A stretch of 51,354 nucleotides of DNA from Chlorokybus atmophyticus (GCA_009103225.1 RHPI01003536.1:185844-237197), one strand, 5' to 3'. Shown: positions 27,893 to 38,659, counted from the first letter of the stretch. Numbers and translations are program-made. The notes: generated from the sequence alone by a model not told the origin.

Positions 27893-30800
27893 TCGGGTGC
27901 TGTGCAGCGGACGCGGGTGCTGGATCTTGGTGAAGCCAGCAATGTAGGGGAGATGACAGGGCGCGAAGTTGACCATGTTGTCCTTCACACGCTCGCCTCG
28001 TTGTCCCAGCAGGTCCAGTACCCCTGTGGGGTGCACCTTCAATACCTTGTAGACAGCACGCCCGACGGAGGTATCGAGGGTGTCGCGTGTAGACGCCATA
28101 CGGTAGACGAAGTCTCCTAACTCGAAGCGGCGCTCCCGCTCCTTGTAGAAACCACTGCGCACACGCTCGTAATGCAGCGTGTCGCGGTGCTGCGCGATGC
28201 GCAGGTTGTTGAAGGCCATGGGGACTGTGTGTTCGAACAGCGCATTGCGCACTGTCAGGTCATACAACATCTCGTTGGGGTTGTCGAGATTGTCCACCAC
28301 TCTGTCGACCTCCTGCTGCGCGCGGAAAGGGAGCAATGGCTGCCTTTCGAACAGTAGATAGTATGGACTGTACTCTCGCAGGGCTGCCTGCTTGGACAGC
28401 CGGTAGCCCATTGCTACCCATGGGAGGTGATCATCCCAGGTATTCTTCTCGTAGGCGAGGACGTACTTGCGCAGTGCCTTCTTGATGGTCTGCACGGTAC
28501 GCTTGGCGAGGCCGTCGGCCTGCGGGTGGTCGCGTGAGGTGCGACGGTGGTCGATGAAGCATCTGTCGATAAGCTTGTCGAAGGCTCCTCTGAACTCCGT
28601 ACCCTGGTCGGTGATGACTTCAGCGCAGCTGCCGAAGCGTCCGAGTACATGGGAGAGGAAAGCCTAGGCTACTCCCTCACTGCTCTTGTCGGGCAGGGGC
28701 ACCAGCTCCACCCACTTGGAGAAGTGCTCGATCATGACGAGGATGTAGCGGTTGCCTCGCGTTGAGGGCGCTAGGTCTCCGAGGATGTCCAGTCCCCAGC
28801 GGTAGAACAACCCGGAAATGGGAAGGGGATGCAAGGTGGCGTTGCGCGTGTTGAGGCTGGCGCGAACCATGTCACACTGCTGACAGTTGCTGACGAACTC
28901 CCGCACCTGTCTGTGCACCCCATACCACCAGTACTGGGTCCTGACCACGCTGACCGTGCGCTTGACGCCGAAGTGCCCGAGCTCGGTGTGAAGGGAGGAG
29001 ATGATGTCTTCACGTGCAGCTGGTGTGGGGACCTCCTGATCTGCATTTTGTATCCGTCGATACAGCCTGTCGTTGGCCCAGCGGTAACGCTGAGTGCGTT
29101 GCCGGACGCGGTCCTTCTCGCGTGCGCTCATGCCTGCTAGAAGTTGTCCAATCTGAAGCAGTGCGAGGGATGGCTCGTCCAGCCAGATGTCTTGTCGTGT
29201 GTCGGTGGGTGTCAGCTCCTCATCATCCACCTCAGGGTCGGCAGCGACCGCTTCTTCTGATAAAGGAGCTGTGGTAATGATGGCGGGCTCGAGAGCGGGC
29301 ATGTCCCCGTCTGCTGCTGCCTCAGCGACCTGAGTCCTGCGTCCTGAGCGCAGCGCAGCGACAGCGAACATGGTGGCCACACCTGAAGGTGCAGCTGTAG
29401 GACCCAACTCATGTCGGGCGCCTGTGGCGTCGTTGGTGGTGAGGTGGGGGTTACGGCTGAGGCCATCCGCATCCTGGTTGGCAAGGCCTGCGCGGTGTTC
29501 CTCAAAGTCGTACTCCTGGAGCAGCAGCGCCCATCGTGCTAACTTTCCTGTCAAGTGCTGGTTGTTCATTAGCCACTTGAGGGGTTGATGGTCAGTGACC
29601 AGTTGGAACTGCCGTCCAAACAGGAAGGGTCGGAAGAAGGAGATGGCCCACACTGCGGCGAGACACTCCCCTTCGTAGCTGCTGTAGTTGGCCTCAGCAC
29701 TGTTGTTGCTGCGGCTGGCGTACGACACTACGCGCTCCTTCTTGTTGTTGTCATGCTGTACGAGCACGGCCCCCATGCCGAGCTTGCTCCAGTCTGTGTG
29801 CAGGATGAACGACCTGGTGTAGTCAGGGCGTTGCAGAATGGGAGCTGTGGTGAGGCGGAGCTTCAGCTCCTGAAAGGCCTCCTGTTGTGCCTCCTTCCAC
29901 AAGAACTCGGTGTCCTTCTTCAGTAGTTCGTTGAGAGGCCTTGCGATCTTGGCAAAGTCCTTGACAAACCGGCGGTAATAGTTGGCAAGGCCGAGAAAGG
30001 CCCGCAGCCGCGTGAGGTCTGTGGGGGCAGGGATAGCCACCAGTGCCTCCACTTTGGCCTGCTGTACGTACACACCATGGGGCACAATCATGTGTCCTAG
30101 GTAGGGTACCTTGTGGGTGAAGAAGGTGCACTTGTCAAGGTGCACCGTCAACCCGACTTCCTTCAGCCTCTGTAGCACCTCTTCGATGTGCTGGAGATGC
30201 TCCTCATTGCTGTGACTGAAGATGAGGATGTCGTCGATGTAGCAGTGTGCGAAGTCCAACCCCTTGAGGGCTTTGTCCATGATGCGCTGGAACTAGGCCG
30301 GAGCGCTCTTCAGTCCGAAGGGTATGACCTTCCACTGGTACAGCTGCCGGTTTCCCCGGAAGGAAGTCTTGTGCTTGTCCTCCTCCTTGATGGCGATCTG
30401 GTTGTACCCTTGGCGCATATCCAGGATACTAAAGACCGTGTAGTCTCCTACATCGTCAAAGATGCCTTCTGCGGTAGGCATTGGATACCTGTCCTGCTTG
30501 GTCTTGTTGTTGAGGGGGCGATAGTCGCCACACATGCGCCGGTCTGTCCAGTTGCCTGCTGAATCTTTCTTCAGGGGCATGACGGTCGCGGCCACAAAGT
30601 CCGATGTGGACTCCTCGATCAGGCCTGCATCTAGCAGCGCCTTGCACCTCTGTTCCACCAAGTCTTCTTCTAGCTTGGAGAGGCGGTACTGTCTTCTGAA
30701 CACCGGTTCGGTGTCCACTAGTTCAATGTCCATCTGGTATGCTGAGCAGATGCCCAGCTCCTTCACACTGAAGCTGAATTGGCTCCTCCACTTGTTGAGG

Positions 30801-31039
30801 AGAGCCTCGAGTTGCTCTCGAGTCTGGCCTGTGGCCAGCGGTCCAATGGCGTGGGACCACGAGGTAGCGTTGGCGACCACTGGAATGTCTTCCACAATGA
30901 CTGCTGCCTGCTCCTCCATATGGGCGGTCTCGAGGGCGGTGTGTGCTGCTTTGGTCTTTAAAAAGCGAGCAATCCACCCCCAAGCCAGGTGTTCGAGCTC
31001 CTGGAAGGACACATGGCGGTCCTGGAGAGCAAAGCTTTC

Positions 31040-31992
31040 CAAGTACCACACCATGCTGTTTTGATCCATGGCGCGCCCTAACAACTGACACTGTTGACTG
31101 GTTGTCAGCGTGGAGCCTGTGATGCTGCCTGAAAAGAATCCCATAGCACGCTCGCGCTCACGGGCATTGGGTTCTTCCAGCTGTCCAGTGTTGGAGTCTA
31201 ACACCATGCCGTCGCCTCCATTGCGGAACGCGTAGGAGCCTGGATAGGATACAAGTGTGGGTAGTGCGCGGCGCGGCTGACCAGGCTGGTTGCACTGGTA
31301 GAAGTGGTGGTGGTCAAGGCGTGTGACCGGTTGCGCTGTGCGTCCAGGGTCCAGGATGTCATCGACGACGAGATTTCGTGGCCGATTGCTGTATATGTAT
31401 TCTGCCAGAAACAGGTCCTTCACATTGGCCAGGTTGGTCCACTTGGCGCGGACGCGGTGTGCGCGAGACCCATGATGCGCGGCGTTGATTTTTGAGAGGA
31501 TGCCCCAGCAAGGAGCATACTTGTCGATAGGCCTTGGCGACGTGATGCCGCTTGTCATCCTCGGAGTGCACATTCTCGATGATGTACCCCAAGGGCCTAG
31601 CGATCTGACTGGTCTGCAGGAGTTTGATGACTCTCATTAGCTCCCAGATTAGCTGTGAGCGAGGATCAGAGAGCCCGTGGCCTCTGCCTGCTCTGGAGTG
31701 CCCTTGACACTCCCATCCTGCTATCAGCAGGTCAATGTTGCCGACTGCCTGCAGGTGATCCTTGGTAATCCAGCGGATGTCCTGCGGCAGAGCCTTCTGG
31801 CTCCCTTGCAGTGCCGACAGCGGTAGCTGCTGCGGGTAGCGCTGGTGCAGCTGTCGTAAATGATGGCTCAGAGCCTCCTGTGCATGAGGGTCAGGTTCAC
31901 AGTAGAGGTACTTGGTGACTGTTGTTCCTGTGTTGAGGACAGCCGCAAGCCCGCTGCCTATGCCTCCAAACAGCTCCAGCACGGTAATGCCT
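31040..31992 (-). other. C5 cytosine DNA methyltransferase domain between protease and RT
   Basis: Motif I LELFGGIG; II YCEPD; IV DLLIAGWECQGHS (31704-31715); VI YIIENV (31569-31577); VIII NAAHHGSRAHRVR; IX EPNARERERAMGF; X LLGRAMD. Split by a single frameshift near 31490. Confidence 0.9.
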
Positions 31993-32399
31993 TGTTGTCG
32001 GCGGAACATGTGGAACTCCACCACTCCAGTAGCTATGTGGTACTGCTCCTGCACTGTAGCCTGGTCTTTGTAGACAGGGAAGTGTGCAGTGAGCTGAGGC
32101 CTGGTCAGTAGCATGTGTGCTGCTACTTGTGCGCTCCAGCGACGCTCGGATGGCTCCTGAAAGGCCACTTCTTTGGTGACAGTCTCCTGAGACTCATCGT
32201 ACGGTGTAGGAGAGTCCTCTTTAGCGTTTAGGCTCGGGCTCGAGCTCGTTGCAGTTGTCCTCGGCTGCATTCGGGCACGAGGCACACGTGAGCTTTTTGT
32301 AGGACTGTAGGTGGCTGCTGCGGCCGACCTTCGTTGCGAGCGGGCCTTGGCCACCAGTTCGAGAGGTAGGAATCCCTGCTCCTCTCCATCATCCTCATC

Positions 32400-32740
32400 C
32401 CAATGCGGTCGAAACCATGCCTGCTCAGTCCAGCAGTCCATCCCCATGCCGACAGGGAAGTTGCAGTCCTGTCCCAGCAGTAGGTCAAAGGACCCGGCAT
32501 CGGTGACCACACACCTTTGTACAATCTCGGTGCTGTGGGAAGGGTTTAGTCCGATGAAGCGGATGCTCACAACCTGCTTGGTAAGGCCGAGCACGTTGTC
32601 GCAGTTGCCGGTTGCGGTGTCCAGCTGGTAGGGACAGGGAAGCAGCTCAGCGCTGGTGATGCCGAGATCTCGTGCGAGGCGCCCAATGATGACAGGCTGT
32701 GCTCCAGTGTCCAGCATCACGCGTTTGGGTGCCCGCCCAT
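32400..32740 (-). other. Retropepsin-like aspartic protease domain
   Basis: KRVMLDTGAQPVIIG (Asp codon 32709-32711) and the FDLLLG motif. Confidence 0.85.
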
Positions 32741-34981
32741 TGACGGTCACGTGCTTGCCTTGGTTGGCGATCATGGCTGCATTGGCGTTGATGCGCAGCC
32801 TCTTGAAGCGACGGAACCTCTTGCGTGGAGAGACTGTTGCTTTACTCTCATCTGCGGGGCCTGACCGTAGGGCAGCCATGGCTCCTCTGCCTGATGGATC
32901 TTGTGGGCCTCCTTGTCCTCGGCTTTGTCCAAACCGTCCTTGTCGCGGTTGCTGGTACACGCGTGGTGGCCTAGGCACTGGAGGTGCTGCTGCAACCTGT
33001 CCAAGTGGAGGTGCAGGAGGGTTGACCCTCTGTGCAGCTGTTGTCATGCCAGGAGGAGTGGCCAGTGGCTGTGGCGGGAACCCTGGAGGACCTGGTGTTT
33101 GCGGGACTGCCTCTCGTGCAGCCTGCTCCTCTGCATAGGTCCATCGCACAGCATGGGCTGCCTCTCTGACTAGTGTACCTTCCCATGTAGCCGTCGCATT
33201 GTTGTTCACATCTATATAGCGATGGTTCTGAGGCATGGGCTGCAGGTACACTGCGCGTAGGAGCCGCGCTCACATGTCGTTGGTAATGGTGGGCACCCTG
33301 AGGATCCCTGCCATGTAAGCATCCCATCTGCCGTTGACCATTCCCACTTCCAGCACTGTTATTGCTCGTGTGCGTACAGTGAGGCGGGTCTCTGTCTGTT
33401 GGACATGCTGCTCGTAAGCAGCGGCGATGCGCCTGCGCTGACGTCCTGCCTCCACTCCTGGCAAACTCAGTATAGCCTCCAGAGTTCCCTCCAGAGTGTC
33501 AGTGGCGGCGGAAGCCACTTCATCATAGGCTTGCCGTATGGAGCGAAGGAATGCGTTTACCCATGCTATTCTGGGGCCGAAAGCGAACAACGGGACTGCG
33601 GGATGGTTGGTGACCAGCCACGTCACTAACCGTGCGCGTGCCGCGTTGCCATTGTCTCGCATCCCAAGCATCTGCCGAAGTCCGATGCCTTCTTGCCGAT
33701 GCAGCATGGTTGCTTGTCGCAACAGAGCAGTGCGTAGTTGTTGCTCTCCAACCAGTCCAGCTCCATCTCTTTGTGTACACCCTTGTGGTGTAAGGTAGCC
33801 CCTCCCTGGCTCCCTTTGGTTGTCAGGTAGATCCTCCACCAGCGCAGGCAGCAACGGGGCGATCACCCCCCTGATTTGTTGAGCCAACGCTCTCGCTTGG
33901 TCAGAGTTGGTCTCGACGAAGAGCGGAGTGGTGCTGGAGGATGGACCAGCAGTTGGTGACTGAGGTATTGGTGCACGCATAGCTTCAAGAGCTTGTTCAC
34001 GTGCAGCAATGGCGGCAGCTTGATCCTGTCGCCAATGATATGCTTGTTCCAGTGCGTTGTAGCGCTGATGAAGGCGAGCGGTTGTAGGAGGTCCGAGTGC
34101 TTCATCAGTGCCCAAAGGCAGGTTGGCTGCGTCGGCGATGCGCTGCTGGACGGTGTCTCGGCGGTCCCGATACGTGTCCAGCGGGCTGGGTTCAAAGGTG
34201 GTGGTTGGCATGCGTGCAGGCTGGTGCGGGGCGGTCTGCATGTTGTTGTGCAACGCCCAGAACAGCTGCAGGGCCAACTCCAACACTACAGGTGGGCTGT
34301 AGCTAATCAAGAACACCCTGTCACGCATCGGAGGTGCAGTGCCAGCAAGGATCTCATCTTCCAATTGGTGTTGAGTGAGTGCTGAAAGGGTGTGAACCTC
34401 TGGTAGCGGGAAGACGCGATGATCGCGGGCGACACGCGTGGTGCGCTCCCCCCCCCGACCGAAGGCGATGGCAGTGGGGTCTGCTCCGCGCAGGATGGTC
34501 TCCCATGCTCGCTCAGCTCGCTGACCAGTTGGGACAGCTTGAGTGACGTCGAGAGCGGGCAGAGTGGCTGCGCGCGTCGCTGCAGAGACAGCGGGCTCGA
34601 CGATGGCAATTGTGGCAGTTGCGTCGGTACCGGTCAGTGGTGCGAGAGCTGTCTCAACGCCTACGGACAGAGGCACTGCTGCAGTGGGAAGTGCACCGCT
34701 CGCTGGTGCAGATTCGGTAGAGATGGCGACTGTTGCCATTGTGCTCACCAGTATCGGTGTCACGGTGTCCATCGGTGTACCAGGTTGTGGTGCAACTGGA
34801 GTGGGAGCTGCTGACGTTGGTGGAGTCGACGGTGTAGCCGGTGTGGCTGTTGCTGCGGAGGCAGCACCACTAATGGCTTCGGAGGAGGTGCCTGCTGATG
34901 TTGTTGCAGCTTCCCCTCGTGCTCGTCGTGATGGTTGCACGCGGGACGGAGTGTTTCTGTCTCTCTCGCATTTTGCAGCCA

Positions 34982-36808
34982 TCAGCGCCCATCGGGCAGC
35001 GTAGCAGGCGCGGTAGTCCTGCTCCTTGTCTTCCTCCAAGCGTGCCATACGCGCCATGAGGGTGCCATATGGTCATCAGCTGGTGGGTTGGCTGAAGCCT
35101 TGGCGGCAACAGCAGCAGCGCGCGGACGTGTCTCTGGTCCCTTATGCTGAGGAGGTCTGTTCTTCCCCCTGTAGCCTTGCTCTTCCTTGCGAACACTGGC
35201 GTTGTTGTTGTTGTTACTGCCACCAGCGTTGTTGCTGTTGTGGGCTCCAGTGTTGTTGCTATTGTAGCCACTGAAGTGGTTGCCAGTGTGGCCTCCAGTG
35301 TTGTTGCTGTTGTAGCCACTGAAGTTGTTGCCAGTGTGGCCTCCAGTGTTGTTGCTGTTGTAGCCACCGGAGTAGTTGTGGTTGTTGGCGGGCTTCAACT
35401 CTGGGAACTTGAGCCAGCAGACTAACTCCAAACGACCAGTCTTGTGACAGTGGTCGCAAACCAAAGTTGAGTATTCTTCGGTGCACTCCTTTTGGTAGTG
35501 CCCATGCCGTCCACAGCGACGACACAGCACAGGGGCAGCAAGTGCAGCATGAGCTGACCGTTTCCCTTTGTCGCGTGCTGGTGGAGCGTCCCGGCCACGG
35601 TCGCGGCGAGGAGGCTCAGTTGTCGTGCTGACTACAGGCCGTACGGCGCTGCGGTTGGTGTCCAGCACTGCCTTCTCATACACCAAGCGCTTGTGGATGG
35701 CTTGTGCAGTCTCGAAGGCTTCTTTGAGGGTGTAGCCAAGGGGCCTGCTGTAGTTCAGAGTCAGGCGTGTCGACTCGCTCAGAGCAGCATCCAACTCATT
35801 GACGTATATCACTGCAGCAGCCTCCTCACTGACAATCTTGTAGTCAGTGTCCTTCAGCAGACCTTCCAGTCTGGAGTACAAGCGGAGGGGATCCTCATTG
35901 GGCTTGCGTCGGAAGCGTCTCAGCTCCTCAACCTTGCTGGTGGTCTGAGGAGGGAAGGTGCGGCGCAGGGCAGCGTACAGGCCCTTGAGTGGAGAATCAG
36001 AGATGGCAGCACCTACGGTGATGGCTGGTGTGCGCAGTGCTACTGACCCGAGGGTGAAAGCGCTGCCTCCTGCACGAGAGCCAGATGTTGCTGGAGGTAG
36101 AGGAGTACCCCACTCTGCGGCTGCCGCTTGCTGTACAGTTCTTTGTTCCTCAATGATGATGCCAGAACGGTCAAGGCTGCGGACTCGACGTGTGGCCTCC
36201 TTGGACTCAACTTCTGCAGGGGTTTAGTTGACAAGTACCAACTCGGGTTCCTCCTCCTCTGCCTGCTTGAGAGCTGCAGCTATGGACAAGCCTGTTACTG
36301 CAATTGAAGTGGCAGGTGGAACGACACCTGCTGGACGGTGCAGAGATGCAGATGCTATGGTGCTGGCAAGCTCGCCATAGCCGTCTACTCGATGCAGTTC
36401 GGCAACGGACTTCCAGACATCGTGTGCTTCATGATCAAGATACTGAGCAGCAATGTGGAAAGAGATCTCATCTGACCAGTCTTTGTTCTTCAGAGCTTGC
36501 TGCCGCATCTTGGAGTGGAACTTGATGATGAACTCATCCAGCGAGGTGGTGCCGGCACGTCCGGAGAAGCGCAGGGATGTGGTTGAACTGGAAGACTCCA
36601 TCTCGTTGTCGTCGCTCTCCGATGATAGTGGAGAAGCTTGATGACGAGGAGTAGAGTGGAGCGGGGTGAAGCTGGAGATGGAGCGCGAGCCTCTGCTGCT
36701 GCGGTCGATGCTCCCGTCACTGGTCCGCTCGTAGGTGAGGTTGTTGGTTGGGCTCCAACTGCTGAGGTCACCCTCGTCTATTAGGGAGAACGGGGTGGGC
36801 CTGCTCAT
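34982..36808 (-). pseudogene. Gag-like ORF1 with zinc knuckles; one in-frame stop at 36224-36226
   Basis: The 36224-36808 and 34982-35881 ORFs are in the same frame. Capsid-like LDEFIIKF..AAQYLDHEAHDVW; knuckle CRRCGRHGHYQKEC and a degenerate CDHCHKTGRLELVC. Confidence 0.8.
35245..35366 (-). repeat. 48-bp tandem repeat encoding a 16-aa Gly/Asn-rich unit in the Gag C-terminus
   Basis: Units start at 35245, 35293 and 35341; peptide GYNSNNTGGHTGNNFS. Confidence 0.9.
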
Positions 36809-36997
36809 ACAGCTGGTCCAGAGGTGAAAGGGTAGAGTGCTTGTGCTCTACCGTCTATCCTGATGCTATTACCACCCAACACACTAGTGCTTGTGCGCAC
36901 TATGTGATGACAATGATAACGAATGCCCAGCGATCTATCCCTGGGTGCAGACTGCACTATCTGATGCAGATTGCAACACACTCACTTGTGCAAAGAG

Positions 36998-37012
36998 GGT
37001 GACACTGTAAGT
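36998..37012 (-). other. Self-priming type primer-binding site
   Basis: The 15 nt at the repeat/internal boundary (plus strand ggtgacactgtaagt) are the exact reverse complement of 37317-37331 inside repeat B. Confidence 0.75.
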
Positions 37013-37672
37013 CAACAAGCCACTACGATAGGTAGTGCTGTGGACACAGTTCTTTGCATGAGTGGATAGAATGATACACTGTTAAGTGAGGTGAATGAGT
37101 GTGCAACACGTGGATACAACACCCTGACTACTGAAACAACACACCACCGTCAAGCTCACAGCAATGGCAGGCACAGCGCACAAGAGCATGCACCGTGTCT
37201 CACGCAGTAAGGGAATTCTTGGCAACCGGGGCAGCGTGCTTCCAGTTCAAGTCGCTTCACAAGCTCTTTAGAAACAGAGTCTTTACTTCTTAGTACTCCT
37301 AGTACTCACAGTACTCACTTACAGTGTCACCAGCCAGTCTGGTGACGTGACTTCCTACTTATACATGTCAAATCATGACTGTGCAGTGCCACGCGGGCAC
37401 TAGGCCAACGGTCACATCGAGGCCTCATGCTATTTCGGAAATCTCCTAAGACTCGATATAGCACATGTGTTCTTAACAGACTTACAACTGATCAGCTACG
37501 CGCGGTCCCTACAGACATGTCTATAAAGTAGCCCTAGCTACATGCTACATGAGTGGTACAGTAGCTAGCAGTAGGCTGGGGCTCGCGCGGTCTTCATGCT
37601 GGTAGCCCGGGCGTGGGGCTGGGTGTAGGCATGCTCGAGAAGGACTGGCATGCGAGGGTAGATGGCATGACA
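37011..37672 (-). repeat. 5' terminal repeat consisting of segment B only (662 bp)
   Basis: Same length as, and highly similar to, 25888-26549 and 26779-27440; segment A is absent. Confidence 0.95.
37358..37363 (-). promoter_or_regulatory. Putative TATA box (TATAAG) of the retrotransposon
   Basis: Lies 27-32 nt upstream of 37331, the first base of the PBS-complementary sequence, which is canonical TATA-to-TSS spacing. Confidence 0.55.
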
Positions 37673-37676
37673 AGTT
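37673..37676. other. Right target-site duplication AGTT
   Basis: Matches 25657-25660. Confidence 0.85.
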
Positions 37677-38037
37677 GCTGCATACCGCATGCAATGGCAT
37701 TGCCGCTGGTTGGGTTGGGTGGTGGTTTGTTGCATGCAATATGTGTACACAGGTTGCTGGTTGAAATACGAGTTATACCCTATGCAATACACCGTAGTGG
37801 AGTAGACATTGCATGAATATGGTCTATGGTCATATATGACATGACTCATCCGACATGAATGCTATGCAGTAGACTACAGTGTAGTCTATTGCATAGTAGT
37901 TATGTCTAATAGACTACATTCCTCCTTGATGGTCATAACTGCGGCACATACTGTGCGTGACATATATGCAATACACTGTCACTGCACACCTCATCGCAAT
38001 GTACTTGCTCGCTCATTCGGCTGCTCACCGTGAGTGT

Positions 38038-38340
38038 TTATGAACTGATCAGATACTGTGGTTGCATAGTCCTATAGTGCATGCATGCTCTATTTGCAAA
38101 TGTGCGTGTTTTGTGAAATTTGCTCTTGGGTTGTATGTTATAACCCAATAGTTGGTACGTGCAAAACACGTTGATCCAATGTACCTCTCTACCTCTGGCG
38201 ATGTGCTTCCACTCGCTTGATGGGGATTTAACTGAGAGGTGCTCCAGCGGTACAATCCCAAACACATGTGGTCCTCTCTTCAGGAGCTTATATACGTAGA
38301 AACCTATATAAAATGCAATCTCTGATACAATTAGGAACAT
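38038..38340 (-). pseudogene. Possible GIY-YIG endonuclease C-terminal fragment (Penelope-like), inverted relative to the adjacent RT
   Basis: ARGREVHWINVFCTYQLLGYN resembles the RE..WI..L.T....G.N end of GIY-YIG domains. The N-terminal GIY/YIG motifs are not clearly seen. Confidence 0.4.
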
Positions 38341-38659
38341 CTCAAGATTTGTGCATCACAACCAGAAACACTCACCGCTTACTCACTGACATCACACTAT
38401 ACTTGGCACAGCCATAGCCACGCACGCAGTCATAAGCACGATTACAGCTTTGCACATTACATGCATATTCAAGTTTGAGGCCGCCTCATGTCCATATTCA
38501 GTGGACATTGTCAGCTCCATACTGCATTAGCTTAATTTGCAGCACGCATTAAATGCAAGTTGGGAGTCACAAACAGCATGCACGTGTGATTGATGATGGT
38601 GTATGCATTGGCGGATGACCGTGCACGCACATTGACATGACAGCAGCAACAGCAGCCGA

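Larger units (their letters stand above)
27728..35057 (-). pseudogene. ORF2/pol polyprotein (unknown N-terminal region, protease, DNMT, RT, RNase H, integrase, PHD), disrupted
   Basis: In-frame stops at 33270-33272 (TGA), 30293-30295 (TAG) and 28664-28666 (TAG), plus one frameshift in the T run at 31489-31493. Motifs: VMLDTGA, PFGL, YIDD, LHTDWS, TDHQPL, HTELGH..CQQC, WGLDILG, ITDQG, PLLP. Confidence 0.92.
25661..37672 (-). mobile_element. Ty3/Gypsy retrotransposon with DNMT and PHD domains and split, tandem direct repeats; inactivated copy
   Basis: Domain order gag-PR-DNMT-RT-RH-IN-PHD. Termini are TG...CA with a 9-bp imperfect inverted repeat and a 4-bp TSD. Terminal repeats were mapped by eye. 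Confidence 0.95.

Noticed and set aside
28100-36700. Numerous plus-strand ORFs antisense to gag/pol
   Set aside because: Shadow ORFs expected from GC-rich coding sequence on the opposite strand.
37011-37022. TGGCTTGTTGAC as a conventional tRNA primer-binding site (starts with TGG)
   Set aside because: It is part of the repeat unit and also follows the PPT, and I could not match it to a known tRNA 3' end. The adjacent 15-nt self-complementarity explains priming better. A host tRNA search would settle it.
25661-37672. Classification as a DIRS/Ngaro tyrosine-recombinase element because of the split repeats
   Set aside because: No tyrosine recombinase motif was seen, whereas protease, an rve-type DDE integrase, TG...CA ends and a 4-bp TSD are present.
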